From NCBI GenBank assembly GCA_030867685.1, contig JAQOWU010000007.1, positions 1,550,001 to 1,614,000 of the forward strand: a DNA stretch of 64,000 nucleotides, given 5' to 3'. The notes beneath the pieces are model-generated. The model searched no databases. It saw only the letters and a list, made by a program, of their open reading frames with translations, and was not told where the DNA came from. The position numbers and the translations under genes are program-made. Shown in pieces: positions 60,509-64,000 of this stretch. How positions within the stretch are numbered: the first letter of the stretch is position 1; every line of letters begins with the position of its first letter. Source of the stretch: Wickerhamiella versatilis. Lineage: Eukaryota.

Positions 60509-60814
60509 ATGGGAAAGCGGAAGAAGAGCACTCGCCAGCCAGCGAAACGCCAGAAGCAGGTATTGCCTTCCACATTTACGTGTCTGTTCTGTAACCATGA
60601 TGATTCAGTGACTTGCACAATGGATAAGCGTTTGGGAGTTGGTAACCTGAATTGTAAGGTGTGTGGCCAAAACTTTCAGGCTTCAATCAATCCTCTATCC
60701 GCACCAATCGACGTGTATAGTGATTGGTATGACGCCTGTGAAGCTGTTGCAGGCCATGGTGATGCGGCAGAAGCAGCAGACCCGCTATCGGACCCAGAAG
60801 ACGTCAGCGACTAA
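60509..60814 (+). CDS. ELF1: Transcription elongation factor Elf1
   Basis: [39 protein letters not shown] at 60509. Confidence 0.96.
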   Translation: MGKRKKSTRQPAKRQKQVLPSTFTCLFCNHDDSVTCTMDKRLGVGNLNCKVCGQNFQASINPLSAPIDVYSDWYDACEAVAGHGDAAEAADPLSDPEDVSD

Positions 60815-61097
60815 GCTACGGCACTAAATAGTACAACTACCTTTTGTATTGTAGCCCCTGGAAGTTTGCTGGTTTCTTATTATAGCGTTCCTACTTACAT
60901 GATTTCGTAGTTTTTGTAAAAAAAAAGAATACATAGCTAACAATATGTAGGATTAGTTGAAGAAAATATCATTACAATGCGACCAGGCCATTACTATTTG
61001 CTAAAGTTTTCATGTTATACACTATAAAAATCTGAAAAGGTTGCAATACAGTCCGCACGCCTTGAGAATCACGGGCAGTTGAAATTTCAGCTTTGTC

Positions 61098-62981
61098 ATG
61101 AGCCTCTGCCGGGCTCGGGCTCGCCCTCAGCGGTTAGTTCGTCGGTTTTCCCTGGCCGAGAGGATTCGACAACTACTCCCTGCAGATGCAACCGAGCCTC
61201 CATCAAGACTACAGTCTGCTCGAAGGCCACCTTTGGCTCCCTCATTGCACGAGCTGGAAAATGAATCGGAAGGACCAACTCTCAATGAAGTACTTACCAG
61301 GTCGGCAAAATTAAATGAAATCGATCGCTACGATCTAGCTTCTCGTCTGGATCCTGCGCTGGCGACTCAAGTGATCGGGGAGAGTGGAATAGTTGACGGG
61401 AATCCTAGTAGATTGTTTGAATGTGTGCGGAGACTGCAAGGAACCAGTACGCCAAGGAAATCTCTAGATGCCTATGTACAAATATGGCTACCGGGATATA
61501 GATTTCCCCAGATTTTAGCGGATGATACAGTACCTTTATGGCTCAGATGTCAACTGCTAGCTGCTGCAGGCTCAGACTGGCAATGGTTTTCAGCAAAACT
61601 ACGACGTTATGGCAGCCATTTACCTGATGACGACTGTGCTAGGATTATATGCAGAGCAGTCAATGCTTTGGAAAAGCGTAGCTGGCGTGTAGCTGCCGAC
61701 TACTATTTGAACGAAAAGCATTGCTGGCATGGTGTAGCGGCGAGCATTGAAACACCATCACAGTGGCGTTTCTATTATAGAAACCTTGTGAAAGCGCCAG
61801 CTCAACCGGACTTTGCCATAGCGACTGCTGTGTCAGTAGCTATGCGGCTTGGTCTGACATACGAAGTTGTCCGAGTTTGTGAACACTGGGGACACAAATT
61901 GCCATCTCTTACTGTTGGTCGCTGTCTTGTGACTGCGGCGTATGCCCAGAAAATGGTAGAGGATAAACACACCCCCTATGAAGATCCAGTAAAAGCTGCT
62001 GAACTGGTCAGGAGATGTCTTCGAGATCTTACCCCTGCCAAGGCAGACACAGCCCTGACTTGGGCCGCTTGCATATTACGCAAAAATCCTCCCAGAAATA
62101 TTCTTTGGGCTTTGATTCTAGGCTCTGACCGTCTTCCCTATCTCGATGGTGGCATGCCGTTGACGGCTGCAGTCGAAAGTAGAACTGCACTTGAACAACT
62201 TCGTTTTATGACAATGAGGAATGTTCCAGCAAAGGTAGTAACCCGACTGTTGTCTCGACATACCTCCAGACTCGGGGTCAGAGCTCCTCAGCCGGATGAA
62301 GTTGATCTTCTTTTGACGGGTATGATTATACTGAGCGAGAAATCAAGAGGAAAGCAGCGAGAATTCGCTCAAAGTGTTGGAAGGCTGCTTTTACGACCCT
62401 CCTCCACCGCGCAACCGGTTGTTCGCAAACTCGTGGCGCAGGCCGCCCGAGGGCCACTATCGGAGCAAGCTTCTGCCGTGCTATTAGGGCTACTTGTCCG
62501 ACATCGTAGCTACGCAGCTGCAGTGAGCATTCTACAAGCCCTAGATGCAGCTAAAATGCCTCCAGGGCCATTAAGTACCCTCCTGGAAGGCGTGGCCATC
62601 CATGCACCTGAGTCGGTTGTAAGTTTGGCAAGATGGCTGCTCCGACGGGGAGCACAGATTTCGCAGACTGTCCTTCGTAAAATCGCTATTCATGTTATTG
62701 AGAACCCTGCTCTCAGTGATCGACAGGCTCTACGCCGTTTTTTGGGAATTCGCGATTTAATACCAGGACACCGTCTTGGTCCCCGTGCTTCTAGTGCCCT
62801 AGTCGAATCAATGCTGAGTCGGGCGCGTCGGCACGGAAGGGGCTCTCGTGCCCGTCTTGCTTGGGCCCTGAATTTAGCGTTAGAGCAAAATGTTCCTCGA
62901 TCGCGCATAAAACGCTGGCTGTCTGAGCTACAGAGGATGAGGGCTCATGGTGAGGCGTATTGGGCTTATTTCCCACGGTAA
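61098..62981 (+). CDS. Uncharacterised basic, helix-rich 627-aa protein with a mitochondrial-type presequence
   Basis: Long ATG ORF; N-terminus MSLCRARARPQRLVRRFS is Arg-rich and lacks acidic residues; no catalytic motif recognised. Confidence 0.75.
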   Translation: MSLCRARARPQRLVRRFSLAERIRQLLPADATEPPSRLQSARRPPLAPSLHELENESEGPTLNEVLTRSAKLNEIDRYDLASRLDPALATQVIGESGIVDGNPSRLFECVRRLQGTSTPRKSLDAYVQIWLPGYRFPQILADDTVPLWLRCQLLAAAGSDWQWFSAKLRRYGSHLPDDDCARIICRAVNALEKRSWRVAADYYLNEKHCWHGVAASIETPSQWRFYYRNLVKAPAQPDFAIATAVSVAMRLGLTYEVVRVCEHWGHKLPSLTVGRCLVTAAYAQKMVEDKHTPYEDPVKAAELVRRCLRDLTPAKADTALTWAACILRKNPPRNILWALILGSDRLPYLDGGMPLTAAVESRTALEQLRFMTMRNVPAKVVTRLLSRHTSRLGVRAPQPDEVDLLLTGMIILSEKSRGKQREFAQSVGRLLLRPSSTAQPVVRKLVAQAARGPLSEQASAVLLGLLVRHRSYAAAVSILQALDAAKMPPGPLSTLLEGVAIHAPESVVSLARWLLRRGAQISQTVLRKIAIHVIENPALSDRQALRRFLGIRDLIPGHRLGPRASSALVESMLSRARRHGRGSRARLAWALNLALEQNVPRSRIKRWLSELQRMRAHGEAYWAYFPR

Positions 62982-63033
62982 TTATAGACAAAATAATACT
63001 TTAATTAATTGCATCTATGTATATGTGACGAAG

Positions 63034-64000
63034 ATGATAAGCGTTCAATATATGGTACGGGTCCGGGTCCTGTTTACCGGATCAGCTGATTACGCGTCTG
63101 ACTGTCTTGACATGCAAGGGTCGGGAACTGGTAAAAAGCGTGACCAGCCATCCTTGCATGCCTTTTTTGGCAAAAGGTTAGGCTCGCAGAACCGCAAGCC
63201 GCTGAATTCGCTTTCGCAGACCCCCAAAAGGGAGCCATCTTTTGAAGTAAAAAATAGACCTACTTGGTGGCATCAACCGAAAGAAAACCCGACAAAGCGA
63301 CAAAAACAGGAGGATTCAGAGTCTTCGTCGCGTCTGCGCCTCTGGGATGGTACTGCTCGCCCGCTGGTTCGGCCTCAAGGAGCGGCATCTGCCAAAAGGC
63401 AGGTATCCAACTCAACGCCAGATATTATATATGCGATGCTAACTGACGAACAAAAGCATGTACTAGACTTGGTTCTCAGCGGCCAATCGATCTTTTTTAC
63501 CGGTGCTGCTGGAACAGGTAAGTCATATCTTCTTCGACGGGTCGTGGAGAATCTTGCAATGCGGCACCGTAAAGATGAGGTCGCTGTCACGGCAACCACG
63601 GGTCTAGCTTCTTTTAATATTGAGGGAATGACTATACATAGGTGGGGTGGACTGGGATTAGCGCGTGGATCGCCTGAACAGATAGCGAAAAACATAACTG
63701 CGAATCGTAAGGATGCCTTGTTGAGATGGAAGCGATGTAAGGTTCTTGTTATTGATGAGATTTCTATGTTGGATGGTGATCTTTTCGATAAGTTGGAAGA
63801 GATAGCTCGTAGAGTACGCAATTCCCCACAGGCCTTTGGCGGTATTCAGGTAGTGCTTACGGGCGATTTCTTTCAATTACCACCCGTGTCAAAAGAGGGG
63901 CCGTCCAAGCTCTGTTTTGAGTCTCAAAAGTGGCAAAGCGTAGTTAGCAAGAATATTGTACTGTCCAAAGTGTTTCGACAGAAAGACGTACGACTAATTG
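63034..64000 (+). CDS. PIF1-family 5'-3' DNA helicase, Rrm3-like, truncated by the window end
   Basis: Manual translation: in-frame ATGs at 63034, 63052 and 63112; PIP box QPSLHAFF; LTDEQKHVL, IFFTGAAGTGKS, VAVTATTGLAS, LVIDEISM, FGGIQVVLTGDFFQLPPV, VFRQKD. Confidence 0.93.
   Translation, partial: MISVQYMVRVRVLFTGSADYASDCLDMQGSGTGKKRDQPSLHAFFGKRLGSQNRKPLNSLSQTPKREPSFEVKNRPTWWHQPKENPTKRQKQEDSESSSRLRLWDGTARPLVRPQGAASAKRQVSNSTPDIIYAMLTDEQKHVLDLVLSGQSIFFTGAAGTGKSYLLRRVVENLAMRHRKDEVAVTATTGLASFNIEGMTIHRWGGLGLARGSPEQIAKNITANRKDALLRWKRCKVLVIDEISMLDGDLFDKLEEIARRVRNSPQAFGGIQVVLTGDFFQLPPVSKEGPSKLCFESQKWQSVVSKNIVLSKVFRQKDVRLI

Noticed and set aside
63264-63876. Short ORFs listed at the right end of the track
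   Set aside because: They are shadows of the plus-strand PIF1-family helicase frame that runs off the window

Overview
Gene-dense, almost intron-free fungal chromosomal DNA, most consistent with an early-diverging budding yeast such as the Wickerhamiella/Starmerella group. This placement is an inference from gene content and compactness; CTG reads as Leu in the conserved Vps1 GVLTKVD motif. There are about 35 protein genes, mostly housekeeping: RBA50, DNF3, an aldo-keto reductase, HFL1, HAT2-like, DFG10, RKM4, PAP1, VPS1, SNF1, HST3, MRPL15, SVP26, MHP1-like, DYN2, RPL5, RCN1, COX11, RDS2, CIC1/UTP30-like, ELF1 and a PIF1/RRM3 helicase, plus three divergent arrestin-like PY-motif proteins. 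Two genes cut by the window edges are missing from the ORF track (1-412 minus, 63034-64000 plus). Two things stand out. (1) A U18/snR18-type box C/D snoRNA, head-to-head with RPL5, appears to fill an entire ~94-nt spliceosomal intron of a non-coding host, with the donor site abutting box C and the branch site 2 nt after box D. (2) A 13.7-kb, 4568-aa GPI-anchored adhesin-like gene is built from hierarchical Cys-containing repeat modules and a 15-bp minisatellite, with no recognisable N-terminal adhesion domain. No tRNA, rRNA, CRISPR array or transposon was recognised. All calls are from reading the sequence; no searches were run.
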